Source of the DNA: Candidatus Woesearchaeota archaeon
Lineage (GTDB): Archaea; Nanobdellota; Nanobdellia; Woesearchaeales; UBA525
Reading direction: 5' to 3'
Assembly (NCBI GenBank): GCA_028818155.1
Contig: JAPPOH010000001.1
Coordinates: 192,598 to 256,597 of the forward strand
Length of the DNA: 64,000 nucleotides
Positions within the stretch are counted from its first letter, which is position 1. Each line of letters starts with the position of its first letter. The translations under genes were made by a program, and so were the position numbers. A model generated the notes under the pieces. That model had not been told where the DNA came from, ran no database searches, and worked only from the letters and a program-made list of their open reading frames with translations. Below, piece after piece: positions 43,699 through 52,945 of the stretch.

Positions 43699-45329
43699 CC
43701 TTTCGATAAATCTCCTGTGAGTTCTTTGTTATCGGTATAATCGATTGGGCACTCGATGACGACGGGGCCTTTTTTGTCGAGCGCCGTCGTGATGACTTCC
43801 CCCAAACATTGGTCCTTTTCCACTCGGAGGCCAGTCGCACCGTATGACTCAGCATACTTCACAAAATCAGGGTTGCCGAACTGCATGCCGAACTCTGCGA
43901 AGCCCATTTGTTCTTGCTTCCACTTAATGAACCCGTACTCGTCGTCTTTGAGAATGACAACAACGATGTCAAGTTGCATTCGCACTGCCGTTTCTAAATC
44001 CTGACTGTTCATCATGAAGCCGCCATCGCCGACGACGGCAACGACCTTCCGATCAGGGTAGACCATTTTTGCCGCCATTGCGCTCGCTAATCCTGCGCCC
44101 ATCGTTGCCAATGCGTTATCTAAGAGCAACGTGTTCTCTGCGTAGGTTGGGTACAACCGGGCGAACCAGACTTTGTAGATGCCGTTGTCCAGGCAGACGA
44201 TGTCTTCGTTGCCCAGCGCCTTCCGCACTTTGTACACGACCTGTTTCGGCCCTGGTGGCCAGCACTCTGGTGGTTTGCTGTGGAGTTTTTTGTGTAAGGT
44301 TGTGCGTTCCTCTTGGAGGTGGTTGTTCTCGTATGTTGTTTTGAGTTGCTCTCTGATGAGTCTGAGTCCTGTGGAGATGTCGCCTGTGACTTCTGCATCT
44401 GGGTTGTAGTATTCGTCCGGTTCTGCGGGTGTGAAATCAATGTGTAAGATTTTTTTGTGTTTGCTCCAGACGGATGGTGGGTATTCCACGATGTTGTAGC
44501 CGATGGTGATGATGAGATCTGCCGTGTCTAACACATTGTGGACGAGGTCTTTTTTGTGGATCCCCATGCTGAACATGCTCTGTGGATGTTCGTCAGACAG
44601 GACACCTTTGCCCATTTGCGTTGCAACAGCATAGATGCCTGTCTGTTCCACGAAATTTCTGAGTTCTGCGTGGATTTTGTTTCTGTTCGCGCCCGCTGAG
44701 TAGATGATCATCGGGTTCTTTGCAGCTTCGAGGAGTTTCACTGCGGTGTCGATTGCTGTGTGGTTCGGGACTGGTCTTCGTTCTTTGACGCGTCGCGCTG
44801 GCTCGCCTGTTACTTCTTCTGCAGCAACATCTTCTGGGAGTTCAATGTGGACTGCGCCTGGGCGTTCTGCTTCTGCTGTTTTGCATGCGTGTCTGATGAA
44901 CTTTGGGATGGTGTGTGCGTTTGTGATGGAGGTGTTCCATTTCGTGACGGGTTTGAATGCTCTGACGATGTCTACGATTTGGAAGTTGCCTTGCCAGTTT
45001 TCTTTGACGCCTTTCTGTCCTGTGATTGCGAGTAATGGGATGCCGCAGAGTTGTGCGTACGCTAACCCTGTAAGAAGGTTTGTGGCTCCGGGTCCGAGCG
45101 TGGAGAGGCAGACGCCGGTCTTGCCGGTTAACCTGCCATAGGTGGCTGCCATGAATGCTGCGTGCTGCTCGTGTCTCGTGACGATGAGTTTGATAGAACT
45201 TTCGCGCATGCTCTCGAGCAGATCGAGGTTTTCCTCGCCGGGAACACCAAAAATGTACTTGACGCCCTCTTCCTCGAGGCACTTTATAAAGAGATCTGAC
45301 GCTTTCATACCCATGTGCTCGACGATCAC
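43695..45329 (-). CDS. Thiamine-diphosphate enzyme of the acetolactate synthase family (AlsS / 2-oxoglutarate decarboxylase-like)
   Basis: GVKYIFGVPGEENLDLL, VTRHEQHAAFMAATYGRLTGKTGVCLSTLGPGATNL, and the TPP-binding block GDGGFMMNSQDLETAVR. ATGA overlap with sad. The true start may be the ATG at 45314. Confidence 0.8.
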   Translation of the reverse strand: MIVEHMGMKASDLFIKCLEEEGVKYIFGVPGEENLDLLESMRESSIKLIVTRHEQHAAFMAATYGRLTGKTGVCLSTLGPGATNLLTGLAYAQLCGIPLLAITGQKGVKENWQGNFQIVDIVRAFKPVTKWNTSITNAHTIPKFIRHACKTAEAERPGAVHIELPEDVAAEEVTGEPARRVKERRPVPNHTAIDTAVKLLEAAKNPMIIYSAGANRNKIHAELRNFVEQTGIYAVATQMGKGVLSDEHPQSMFSMGIHKKDLVHNVLDTADLIITIGYNIVEYPPSVWSKHKKILHIDFTPAEPDEYYNPDAEVTGDISTGLRLIREQLKTTYENNHLQEERTTLHKKLHSKPPECWPPGPKQVVYKVRKALGNEDIVCLDNGIYKVWFARLYPTYAENTLLLDNALATMGAGLASAMAAKMVYPDRKVVAVVGDGGFMMNSQDLETAVRMQLDIVVVILKDDEYGFIKWKQEQMGFAEFGMQFGNPDFVKYAESYGATGLRVEKDQCLGEVITTALDKKGPVVIECPIDYTDNKELTGDLSKG

Positions 45330-45422
45330 TGTGGCTTATATATCTTTTCCTGCTTATGCATCACTACTTGAAAGTAACAAATAATAGAAAGGTTTATAAA
45401 GATACAATCAGCACTACAGTAT

Positions 45423-45671
45423 ATGAATCGCACACAACTCAAAATTCTTCGAGATGAGTGGGTATCTGATAGAGCACACTGGGGAAAACAACGAATTACC
45501 AGCGAACTTGAATCGCTTGATGCTTGTAGAAGCACCCCTGAATTACTCAGCAGAAGGTTGAGTTACCTTGGTTGGAGGCAACTTCCAAATTCAAGTGTTA
45601 CTGCTTCCGCAGAAACTGCACAAGATCGTCCTTCCAATAACGGGGGATCGTACCGCCCAGCAACTCGGTAA
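45423..45671 (+). CDS. Possible small orphan gene (82 aa) whose tail overlaps the lhr 3' end
   Basis: The palindromic TATA TTTATAAA (45393-45400) is centred 27 nt before the ATG at 45423. No family signal. The TATA could instead serve the minus-strand TPP-enzyme gene. Confidence 0.3.
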   Translation: MNRTQLKILRDEWVSDRAHWGKQRITSELESLDACRSTPELLSRRLSYLGWRQLPNSSVTASAETAQDRPSNNGGSYRPATR

Positions 45672-48594
45672 GCCACGCATCGAACGATTCGCTTGGTGTG
45701 AACTTCTCCTCATTAATCATCCGTTGTATTGTTTCTTGATAGTCTGGCGGCACTTTTCCTTTCACTGCTGCATAGCGGAGTTGATCGGATAAGTAGCCGC
45801 GATAATCTTCTTGTTTTTTCTTTTCTTCCTTCGCTTGCTCGTTCCAGAGGTTGTCGTATGTGAAACTTGGGGCGGGCATCGCTACTTTCTCTGGTTTTTT
45901 GCCTTGGATCTCTTGCAGCACCATGTTGTGGAGCCTTCGCACAAACTCTACGCGGTCTTCCATCTTGAGTAAGTCGGTGTAGCCTTGCATCATAAGGTTG
46001 AAGGCGAATGGGCTTGGGATATCGGAGGTTTTTTCTACAACTTTCATTTTTTTCTTGGTGATGTTTGTCACAATATCCACTGCGTGTTGGATGTCCATAA
46101 GATCTTCTAAAATCTCTCTCCTTGCTTCTTTGAGGATCGGGAAATCATTCCCAATTTTCTTCACTGCGTTCATGATGATCTGCGCGCTGATCTGTTGTTT
46201 GCCGACTGACTTTTCGCGTCCTTTGTATTTCCTGAGGATCATTAAGCTTCTGCCGGCGCAGTGTCTGAATCGTCTTTTCAGCACTTCACTTTTATCCAAT
46301 GCTAATTCCATGATGCGCGGGAGGTCTTCTGGTTTCAAGAGTTTCAATGAGCGGAGCGCTTGGATGGGTTGTGTGCTTTTCAGAAAGAACCCGTTGTCAT
46401 TCACGCCGACCTCGACATCTCTGTTGGTAATGCGTCCGTTCACGTATGCGATGGCCCTTGCTAAGACATCATTGACCCTCCTTCCGTGCAGCGAGTGGAC
46501 GAACACGTACTTTTTGTTGCCGTCTTTGAAATGCTCTAAGAGGAGTTTGTTTGTGTGTGAGATTTCGCTGAATTTGTCTTGCTGCTGCAAGTAGTTGTAC
46601 ACTGCGTGCACGCCGTGTTCATCGACGTATAGATAGTTTCTTATCCAGTCGAGGATCTCTTTCTTGGTTTTCTTCCCGTTGAGTTGTTGGCTCATGTACT
46701 TCCGGAATTTCTGGATTTCTAACGCTAAGTCGTAATTCAACGGGAGCATTTCGCTGATCCAGCTTGGCACGGTTGGTAATCTCCCAGCAGATGTTCGCAC
46801 TTGTGCGGTCGTGCCCCTTGTGAACTTGAACTCGTAGGGTTCTCCGCCAAGAACAAAAACATCGCCTGGCTTTAATCGCTCAACGAATTCTTCTGTGATC
46901 GTGCCGATGAATGCGTCCCCGATTTTGACTTTCACGGACGTTTCATCTGGGATGGTGCCGATGTTCGTCATGTAGATTAAGCGCGCGAGTTTGCCTCGTT
47001 TGCCGAACTTGCCGTCTTCCATCCAGATCTTGCTGTAGATGCTCCGCTCTTGGAGTTGTGCGTGTTCGCCGGCTAAGTATGCGAGTGTTGCATCGAAATC
47101 TTTTCTCTCGAGTGTGTGGTAGGGTGCTGCGCTTGTGATGGTTTGCCAGGCATCTTCTACCTCGGTAATTTCTTCGATCGCCATGCCGTAGATGTGTTGT
47201 GCCATGACGTCCAGTGCGTTTTTTGGCATGTTGATCTTGTCGATCTTTCGCTCGATGGCAGCTTTTAACAATACAGAACATTCGACGAGGTCATCACGAT
47301 CCAGTACGATGATTCGTCCTTTTGCTTCATCATGTAATTTGTGTCCGCTGCGTCCAATTCTTTGCAGGGCACGTGCGACTGACTTCGGGCTGCCTAACAG
47401 GATGACTAAATCAATGTATCCGATGTCGATGCCTAACTCTAACGATGTTGAGCAACTTACCAATTGTAATTTGCCTTCTTTCAACATCGTCTCGATTTTC
47501 AGTCTGTGCTTCTTTGCAAGCGAACCATGATGTGCGCCGATTAAACCTTTTTGTTTAATTTCTTCTGGTATCTCTGCTTCTTCCGCGAGGTGTTCGTGCT
47601 GCTTCCCTTCCGCTTCGATGAGCTCCTTCCGTTCTTCATCTGCGTCTAGGACGTTTGCGTACTTCATTGGGTATCGTGCTTTCAGTTGATGGATGACTCT
47701 CTCAGTTCCCGATCTCGTGTTCGTGAAAATGAGTGTTGTTCTGTGTGTCTGGACTAAATGATGAATTAACTCGTACATGTTGTTTTGTAACGTCATGTGT
47801 GGTGTGTCGATAATGTCTTTGACAGGGGAGAGGACTTTAAGGTCCATTTTTTTCTGGTAGGTTGCCGCAGCATCGATGATTTTGCATGGTCGCGGCTTGC
47901 CGTTGTCGTAGCCGACGAGGAAGGCAGCTACATCTTCGAGCGGTGCGACGGTTGCAGAGAGACCGATCCTGGTGAACTGTGCTCTTCTTGCGAGGCGTTC
48001 TAAAGATAAGGAGAGGTGTGTGCCTCGTTTGTTTTCTGCTAATGCGTGGATTTCGTCGATGATGACATATTTTGTTGTTCTAAGGTGTAAGGAGAATTTT
48101 GAGCTTGCTAATGCGATGGCAACACTTTCTGGTGTGGTGATGAGGATGTGTGGTGGTTTTTTGAGCATGCCTGCTTTCTGACTGGGTGTGGTGTCGCCTG
48201 TTCGCGTGCCGACTCTGATGTCGACGTCCTTGTCGTATTTTTTTGCAATCGCTTTGATTTCTTTGAGCGGTTCTGTGAGGTTCTTGTTGATGTCATTCGC
48301 CAGTGCTTTGAGTGGTGAGATGTAGATGCAGGCGATCTCATGCTCTAATGTGCCGAGGTCTGCTCGCGTGACAAGGTCGTTGATGATGGTAAGAAAGCTG
48401 CTGAGGGTTTTTCCCGAACCAGTGGGCGAGCTGATCAAGCTATTAATCCCTAATTGGATGTTTCTAATGCTGAAGTACTGCGGCGGGCTGAAGTCCTCGA
48501 ACTTGTTCGTGAACCATTCTCTAACGAATGGATGCAGATTATCCAGGATCTCCTTTTTCTTGTACGGCTTGGTTTGAAATTCAATATTTTCCAT
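45598..48594 (-). CDS. lhr: Lhr-like large ATP-dependent SF2 helicase
   Basis: SPTGSGKTL (motif I), IIDEIHAL (DEIH), LGIDIGYIDLV, QRIGRSGH, and a long DEAD-associated C-terminal domain. 998 aa. Confidence 0.85.
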   Translation of the reverse strand: MENIEFQTKPYKKKEILDNLHPFVREWFTNKFEDFSPPQYFSIRNIQLGINSLISSPTGSGKTLSSFLTIINDLVTRADLGTLEHEIACIYISPLKALANDINKNLTEPLKEIKAIAKKYDKDVDIRVGTRTGDTTPSQKAGMLKKPPHILITTPESVAIALASSKFSLHLRTTKYVIIDEIHALAENKRGTHLSLSLERLARRAQFTRIGLSATVAPLEDVAAFLVGYDNGKPRPCKIIDAAATYQKKMDLKVLSPVKDIIDTPHMTLQNNMYELIHHLVQTHRTTLIFTNTRSGTERVIHQLKARYPMKYANVLDADEERKELIEAEGKQHEHLAEEAEIPEEIKQKGLIGAHHGSLAKKHRLKIETMLKEGKLQLVSCSTSLELGIDIGYIDLVILLGSPKSVARALQRIGRSGHKLHDEAKGRIIVLDRDDLVECSVLLKAAIERKIDKINMPKNALDVMAQHIYGMAIEEITEVEDAWQTITSAAPYHTLERKDFDATLAYLAGEHAQLQERSIYSKIWMEDGKFGKRGKLARLIYMTNIGTIPDETSVKVKIGDAFIGTITEEFVERLKPGDVFVLGGEPYEFKFTRGTTAQVRTSAGRLPTVPSWISEMLPLNYDLALEIQKFRKYMSQQLNGKKTKKEILDWIRNYLYVDEHGVHAVYNYLQQQDKFSEISHTNKLLLEHFKDGNKKYVFVHSLHGRRVNDVLARAIAYVNGRITNRDVEVGVNDNGFFLKSTQPIQALRSLKLLKPEDLPRIMELALDKSEVLKRRFRHCAGRSLMILRKYKGREKSVGKQQISAQIIMNAVKKIGNDFPILKEARREILEDLMDIQHAVDIVTNITKKKMKVVEKTSDIPSPFAFNLMMQGYTDLLKMEDRVEFVRRLHNMVLQEIQGKKPEKVAMPAPSFTYDNLWNEQAKEEKKKQEDYRGYLSDQLRYAAVKGKVPPDYQETIQRMINEEKFTPSESFDAWLTELLGGTIPRYWKDDLVQFLRKQ

Positions 48595-48648
48595 ATGGAA
48601 ATTATTCCTCGATGTTTGATTACCATCTGAAAGAATGCAAAACTGCTT

Positions 48649-49017
48649 TTAAAGCCTTACGGGTGTGTGACCAGTGGCGCCGAAGTGCTCATTTGCAGCA
48701 GTGTGTGCTTGCAGAAATCCCTCGTAAGCTTTGAGAGGAAACCCGCCTCCAGGTGAGTATTCTTCCAGCGAGAAGGGCTCCGCTGCTTGATGTAGCGCTT
48801 CGAGTACAGGCACATCTTCTTTCTGAGCCCGCCTGATATGTTCTGGAAGAAAATGAGAGAGGCCCATCATGTATGATATCGCAGACCCTACTGTGATGCC
48901 TTCCCTTTCGTAGAGTGGCTCTCCTTCGAGATCAACTCCTTTCAGAATGAGGGGTTTCACGAGATGAAGAATTCGTGGATGACTTTGTACAATGATATCG
49001 CGTATACTTTGCCTCAT
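48649..49017 (-). CDS. Hypothetical protein (122 aa)
   Basis: The ATG at 49017 lies 27 nt from the centre of the shared TATA. The track start at 49056 would bury that TATA in coding sequence. Confidence 0.45.
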   Translation of the reverse strand: MRQSIRDIIVQSHPRILHLVKPLILKGVDLEGEPLYEREGITVGSAISYMMGLSHFLPEHIRRAQKEDVPVLEALHQAAEPFSLEEYSPGGGFPLKAYEGFLQAHTAANEHFGATGHTPVRL

Positions 49018-49038
49018 GGAGTTGGAGTCCACACTATC

Positions 49039-49046
49039 TTTAAATA
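49039..49046. promoter_or_regulatory. Single TATA box positioned to serve two divergent leaderless genes
   Basis: The centre of TTTAAATA (49042.5) is about 26 nt from the plus-strand ATG at 49068 and about 26 nt from the minus-strand ATG at 49017. Confidence 0.5.
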
Positions 49047-49067
49047 CACTTCTCAAATCCCCACTCT

Positions 49068-49655
49068 ATGAAAGTAGTGACACTTCCCGGCACGTGCGCA
49101 ACTTCTCAAAGAATTTATGTGTTCGCTAAAGAACCAGGGAAGATAACGTGGTCACGTGAGAATCCAGGTGCCCGAGAGACGCTCGAACTCGCAGGCATGC
49201 TAGCTGATCGCGTTGGAAACTGCCTTGCGCTGGAGCGCCGTGATACCAGTATCAATTGCAACGGACTTGGCCTCTATGTTGTAGGGGCCCTTAATGAACC
49301 TGGTGACATTTGGGGAAACAGAGAATTCGGCAACATATATAGTGCATTTCCTGTCCGATTTTCATACAACCAACAACCGGCTCCGGTGCTTGTACACCTC
49401 CTCAACGAACGCCCTAATGTTGAAGGAGCGTCTTCGCTTCCAGATTATCAAGCAATTGTACATAGCCTTGTACTCTTAGGCACTCTAGAAGGTGAAGATG
49501 TGTGTTTCGAAAACAGATTTCTACAAGGGAACATATGCAGCACAGTCGCTGCTTCCGAGCACCATACTATCGAACAAGGAAGAGAGATCCCATCCTACAG
49601 AGGTGGAGGATACAATACGTTACACAGACTCTACGTACAGCCACAACAAATATAA
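49068..49655 (+). CDS. Hypothetical protein (195 aa)
   Basis: ORF with canonical TATA spacing. No motif recognised. Confidence 0.5.
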   Translation: MKVVTLPGTCATSQRIYVFAKEPGKITWSRENPGARETLELAGMLADRVGNCLALERRDTSINCNGLGLYVVGALNEPGDIWGNREFGNIYSAFPVRFSYNQQPAPVLVHLLNERPNVEGASSLPDYQAIVHSLVLLGTLEGEDVCFENRFLQGNICSTVAASEHHTIEQGREIPSYRGGGYNTLHRLYVQPQQI

Positions 49656-49679
49656 GCATCATGTAGCTTTCAGACGCTC

Positions 49680-50318
49680 ATGTACCTCTTCGACAAGCGG
49701 ACGAGTAACTTCAGGAAAGCATGTATCACAATTGCGCTTGCGGTTCGCATCAGCTTAGTGCTCGCGATGCTCAGCGCGTTCATTAACAATAAGTGGCTCG
49801 TCCTCTTTGTGAGTGGCCTTACGTTGTTCTTAACGTTCCTTCCTTCAATGATTCAAGATCGCTACAACATCTACTTTCCGATTGAGGTGGAGCTCATCGC
49901 AATGGTCTTTGTCTATGCAACCCTCTTTCTTGGTGATGCGCACGGCTACTACACCAAGTTCTGGTGGTGGGACGTTGTCCTGCATAGTGCCTCAGGCCTT
50001 GTCTTTGGCTTAGCAGGCTTCCTCATCATGTATGCGCTCTGGGAGAGCAAGAAAGTGACTGCGTCTGCAGGTATTATTGCGCTCTTTTCCTTCTGTTTTT
50101 CCGTTGCGATCGGCGCGCTCTGGGAGATCACAGAGTTCGCGATCGACTACTTCTTTAAAGCAAATATGCAGAAGTCCGGCCTTGTTGACACGATGTGGGA
50201 CTTGATCGTTGATAGCATCAGTGCGTTGATCGCCGCACTCCTCGGGTATTCCTACTTAAAAGGCGGGAAGACGCACGTCTTTGATAACGCGCTCAAACGG
50301 TTCACGAAGAACCAGTAA
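49680..50318 (+). CDS. DUF2238 (YjdF-like) membrane protein
   Basis: WDVVLHSASG, ALWEITEFAIDYF, GLVDTMWDLIVDSISALIAALLG. Paralogous to 57752-58303. Confidence 0.6.
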   Translation: MYLFDKRTSNFRKACITIALAVRISLVLAMLSAFINNKWLVLFVSGLTLFLTFLPSMIQDRYNIYFPIEVELIAMVFVYATLFLGDAHGYYTKFWWWDVVLHSASGLVFGLAGFLIMYALWESKKVTASAGIIALFSFCFSVAIGALWEITEFAIDYFFKANMQKSGLVDTMWDLIVDSISALIAALLGYSYLKGGKTHVFDNALKRFTKNQ

Positions 50319-50360
50319 CCTTTTAAGGAGTGGGAAAATTCTTCGTGCTGAGGTGCTTCC

Positions 50361-50669
50361 ATGAAAGTAAATGAACTTAAGGACCGTAGTAAAGTTGATG
50401 AACTCACACTCAAGATCACATCGAAAGATGAAGCTCGCGACGTACGCGGCGGGACGCTCCGTGTCTGCAATGCGACAGGCGAGGATGACACTGGCTCTGT
50501 CACTGTGACATTATGGAATGATGATATCGAGCGCGTTGCTGAAGGCGACACGATTACGATTAAGAACGGCTGGACGCAAGAATACAATAATGCTTTACAA
50601 GTCAGTTCTGGTAAGTTTGGGAGCATCGAGAAAGCAGGTGATGTGCCTGCAGAAGAAGCTGCCGAGTAA
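50361..50669 (+). CDS. Single OB-fold ssDNA-binding protein (SSB/RPA-like)
   Basis: 102 aa. VDELTLKITSKDEARDVRGGTLRVCNATGEDDTGSVTVTLWNDDIERVAEGDTITIKNGW matches the archaeal OB-fold SSB pattern. Confidence 0.65.
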   Translation: MKVNELKDRSKVDELTLKITSKDEARDVRGGTLRVCNATGEDDTGSVTVTLWNDDIERVAEGDTITIKNGWTQEYNNALQVSSGKFGSIEKAGDVPAEEAAE

Positions 50670-50786
50670 TTCTTTTTTTCGAGGTTTTTCTATGTACGCC
50701 AACCCTGCAAACGTACTAACGGGGTTTCGCGCACTGCTTGTTTTTCATATCTCTTGCGTACGAACTAGCACCCTATCTTAAGAAAT

Positions 50787-52559
50787 CTACAACTCCAGCG
50801 CCGAAATGATTTTTTCTTTATCGAATTTTTCAAGGTCAGAATAAGATTGGCCTGTGCCAAGGTATAATATGGGTTTTCCCGTCACGTACGAAACTGAAAT
50901 TGCCGCACCACCTTTCTCGTCGATATCTGCCTTGCTGAGAATTAATGCATCAATGCCCACAAGCGAGTTAAACACCTTCGCTTGCTCCACACAATCATTT
51001 CCTGTAATACTTTCACCCACAAAGATTTTCAGATCGGGTTTGCTCACACGCACAACTTTTTCTAATTCCGCCATTAAGTTGGTATTGCTGTGCAACCTGC
51101 CCGCGGTATCAATCAACACAACATCAATATCCTGCGCTTCCGCGTGCTTTACAGCATCAAACGCGACTGCCGCAGGATCGGCATTGTACCCTTGGCTGAT
51201 TAATTTCACGCCAAGTTTCTTTGTGTGCTCCTCTAACTGATCGATCGCAGCTGCTCGGAACGTATCTGATGCTGCAACGACACAAGATAAATCATTTTGC
51301 TGGAATAAATGAACGAGTTTTGCGAGCGATGTCGTTTTCCCAGAGCCATTCACGCCAATCACACAGATCTTGCACGGCTTGTTTTCTTTCACTTTCTTGA
51401 GTAAGTCAAATGTTTCCACATCGAAGAGCTCTTCCACTGACTGGCGGAGTCGATTACTGATCGTTTCCTCGATGCTAAAGCGTGAGACTTTGCCTGTGGT
51501 GAGTTCATCACGTAAGTCTGTCTTGATTTTCTCGATGACTTCAACGGCAACATTGTTCTCTAACATTGCGATTTCTAACTCCCAGAAGATTTCGTCGAAT
51601 TTCTCAGTGGAAAGTGTTTTTTTCGTGACTGCAGCCTTGAGTTTGCCGAAGAATCCTTCTTCTTCAGGTTCTTCCTGTTCTTCAGGAAGTTCTTCTACAA
51701 CTGGTTCTTCCTGTTCTTCAGTAGCTTCTTCAGGTTCAACTTCTTTCGTTGTTTCTGGAAGAGCTTCTTCTGTTGGTTCTTTTTCAGGGCGCTCGACTTT
51801 CTCTTCCGGCTCTTCTGCAACTGGTTCTTCTTTCTTTCGGAATAATTTGCTGAAGAATCCTTTCTTTTCTTTCGGCTTCTCTTGTTCCAGCTCTTCTTCA
51901 GGTGTTTCTTCTACATCTTCTTTTGGTGTTTCCACGAGTTCGTCGACTTCTTCGACAACCTCTTCAACTGCAGGAATGTCTTCCTTCGGTTTTTCTCGGA
52001 CTTCTTCCTTAGATTCCTCGGCTGGAGTATCTTCAGACTCTTCTGCAACTTGTTCCGGTGTTTCTTCTGTCACTTCTTCCTTGGGTTCCTGTGGAGGCGC
52101 TTCTTTGACGTTCTCTTCAATTTCTTCTTTCGCAGGTTCTTCTGCTGTTTTTTCAGGAACAACTGCTTCCGGTTCTTTTGAGATAGCAGTCGTTTCGACT
52201 GTTGGTAGGACTTCTGCTTCGATGTCTTCTGTTTGTTCGACTGCAGGAACTTCAGGAATTTCATCAACTTCTTTTTCAGGCGTTGTTTCCTTTGGCTTTT
52301 TTTTCTTTGTCGCTTTCTTTTCCTTCAGAATATCTGGTTTCGTTTCTTTTTTCGGTGTTTTCTTTTTTGGTTTTTCTTTCGGAGTTTTCGCTGTTTTTTT
52401 CTTTGGCGCCTTTTCTGGTTTCTTTGCTTCTTTTTTCGCAGCTTTCTTTTTGGGTTCCTTCTTTTTTTGCTTGACTTCTTCTTGTTGCGTCTCTTCTTCT
52501 GCGGACTTGGTGAATTTCTTCACCGCTTGCTTGAGTTTGTCTTTTAAGAATCCGAACAT
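50787..52559 (-). CDS. ftsY: Signal recognition particle receptor FtsY with a roughly 300-aa Lys/Glu/Pro-rich N-terminal extension
   Basis: NG domain ICVIGVNGSGKTTSLAKL, DTFRAAAIDQL, VLIDTAGRL, SKADIDEKGG. The N-terminal half is low-complexity KKEPKKKAAKKE/EEPEE. Confidence 0.9.
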   Translation of the reverse strand: MFGFLKDKLKQAVKKFTKSAEEETQQEEVKQKKKEPKKKAAKKEAKKPEKAPKKKTAKTPKEKPKKKTPKKETKPDILKEKKATKKKKPKETTPEKEVDEIPEVPAVEQTEDIEAEVLPTVETTAISKEPEAVVPEKTAEEPAKEEIEENVKEAPPQEPKEEVTEETPEQVAEESEDTPAEESKEEVREKPKEDIPAVEEVVEEVDELVETPKEDVEETPEEELEQEKPKEKKGFFSKLFRKKEEPVAEEPEEKVERPEKEPTEEALPETTKEVEPEEATEEQEEPVVEELPEEQEEPEEEGFFGKLKAAVTKKTLSTEKFDEIFWELEIAMLENNVAVEVIEKIKTDLRDELTTGKVSRFSIEETISNRLRQSVEELFDVETFDLLKKVKENKPCKICVIGVNGSGKTTSLAKLVHLFQQNDLSCVVAASDTFRAAAIDQLEEHTKKLGVKLISQGYNADPAAVAFDAVKHAEAQDIDVVLIDTAGRLHSNTNLMAELEKVVRVSKPDLKIFVGESITGNDCVEQAKVFNSLVGIDALILSKADIDEKGGAAISVSYVTGKPILYLGTGQSYSDLEKFDKEKIISALEL

Positions 52560-52945
52560 TGTGTCTCCATCTTCTGGAGCGTTGCCAGTTTTTCTTCAAA
52601 GAGCGCTTGGAGCTCTTTCTGGTGTGCTTCCATCTGCTCTAATTGTCCGGAGAGCATCTCCGCGACGTGTTCTGGTTCTCGCTTAACCACAACACCTTGG
52701 CCGACATTCACTAAGAGTGTTTTATCTGGCACGCTCATTGCCTTCGTGAAAATGCCTGGTGCTAGCGGAACGAAGAGTTCTTTTCCTGTTTCGATTGTTT
52801 CATAGTCGCTTAATGATGCACGAAGTTGCTCGACTTCCTCGTGCTTCTTATCGAGTTCTTGGAGTTCTTGTTCGATCTGTCCAAGCTCGTAGTTCAGGAG
52901 TTCTGCTTGCATCATGTGGTGTTTATCCATACAGCACCTCGTCAA
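52544..52945 (-). CDS. pfdA: Prefoldin alpha subunit
   Basis: Coiled coil, then two beta hairpins (ELFVPLAPGIFTKAM...TLLVNVGQGVVVKRE), then coiled coil. Conserved eif6-pfdA-ftsY neighbourhood. The start is uncertain (Met at residues 1, 6, 11 and 12). Confidence 0.8.
   Translation of the reverse strand: MTRCCMDKHHMMQAELLNYELGQIEQELQELDKKHEEVEQLRASLSDYETIETGKELFVPLAPGIFTKAMSVPDKTLLVNVGQGVVVKREPEHVAEMLSGQLEQMEAHQKELQALFEEKLATLQKMETQCSDS

Noticed and set aside
51370-52686. 438-aa Ser/Phe-rich ORF on the plus strand, with several smaller ones, opposite ftsY
   Set aside because: It is the complement of the GAA/AAG-rich low-complexity region of ftsY. It has no stops simply because of the purine bias, and it has no motif or promoter.
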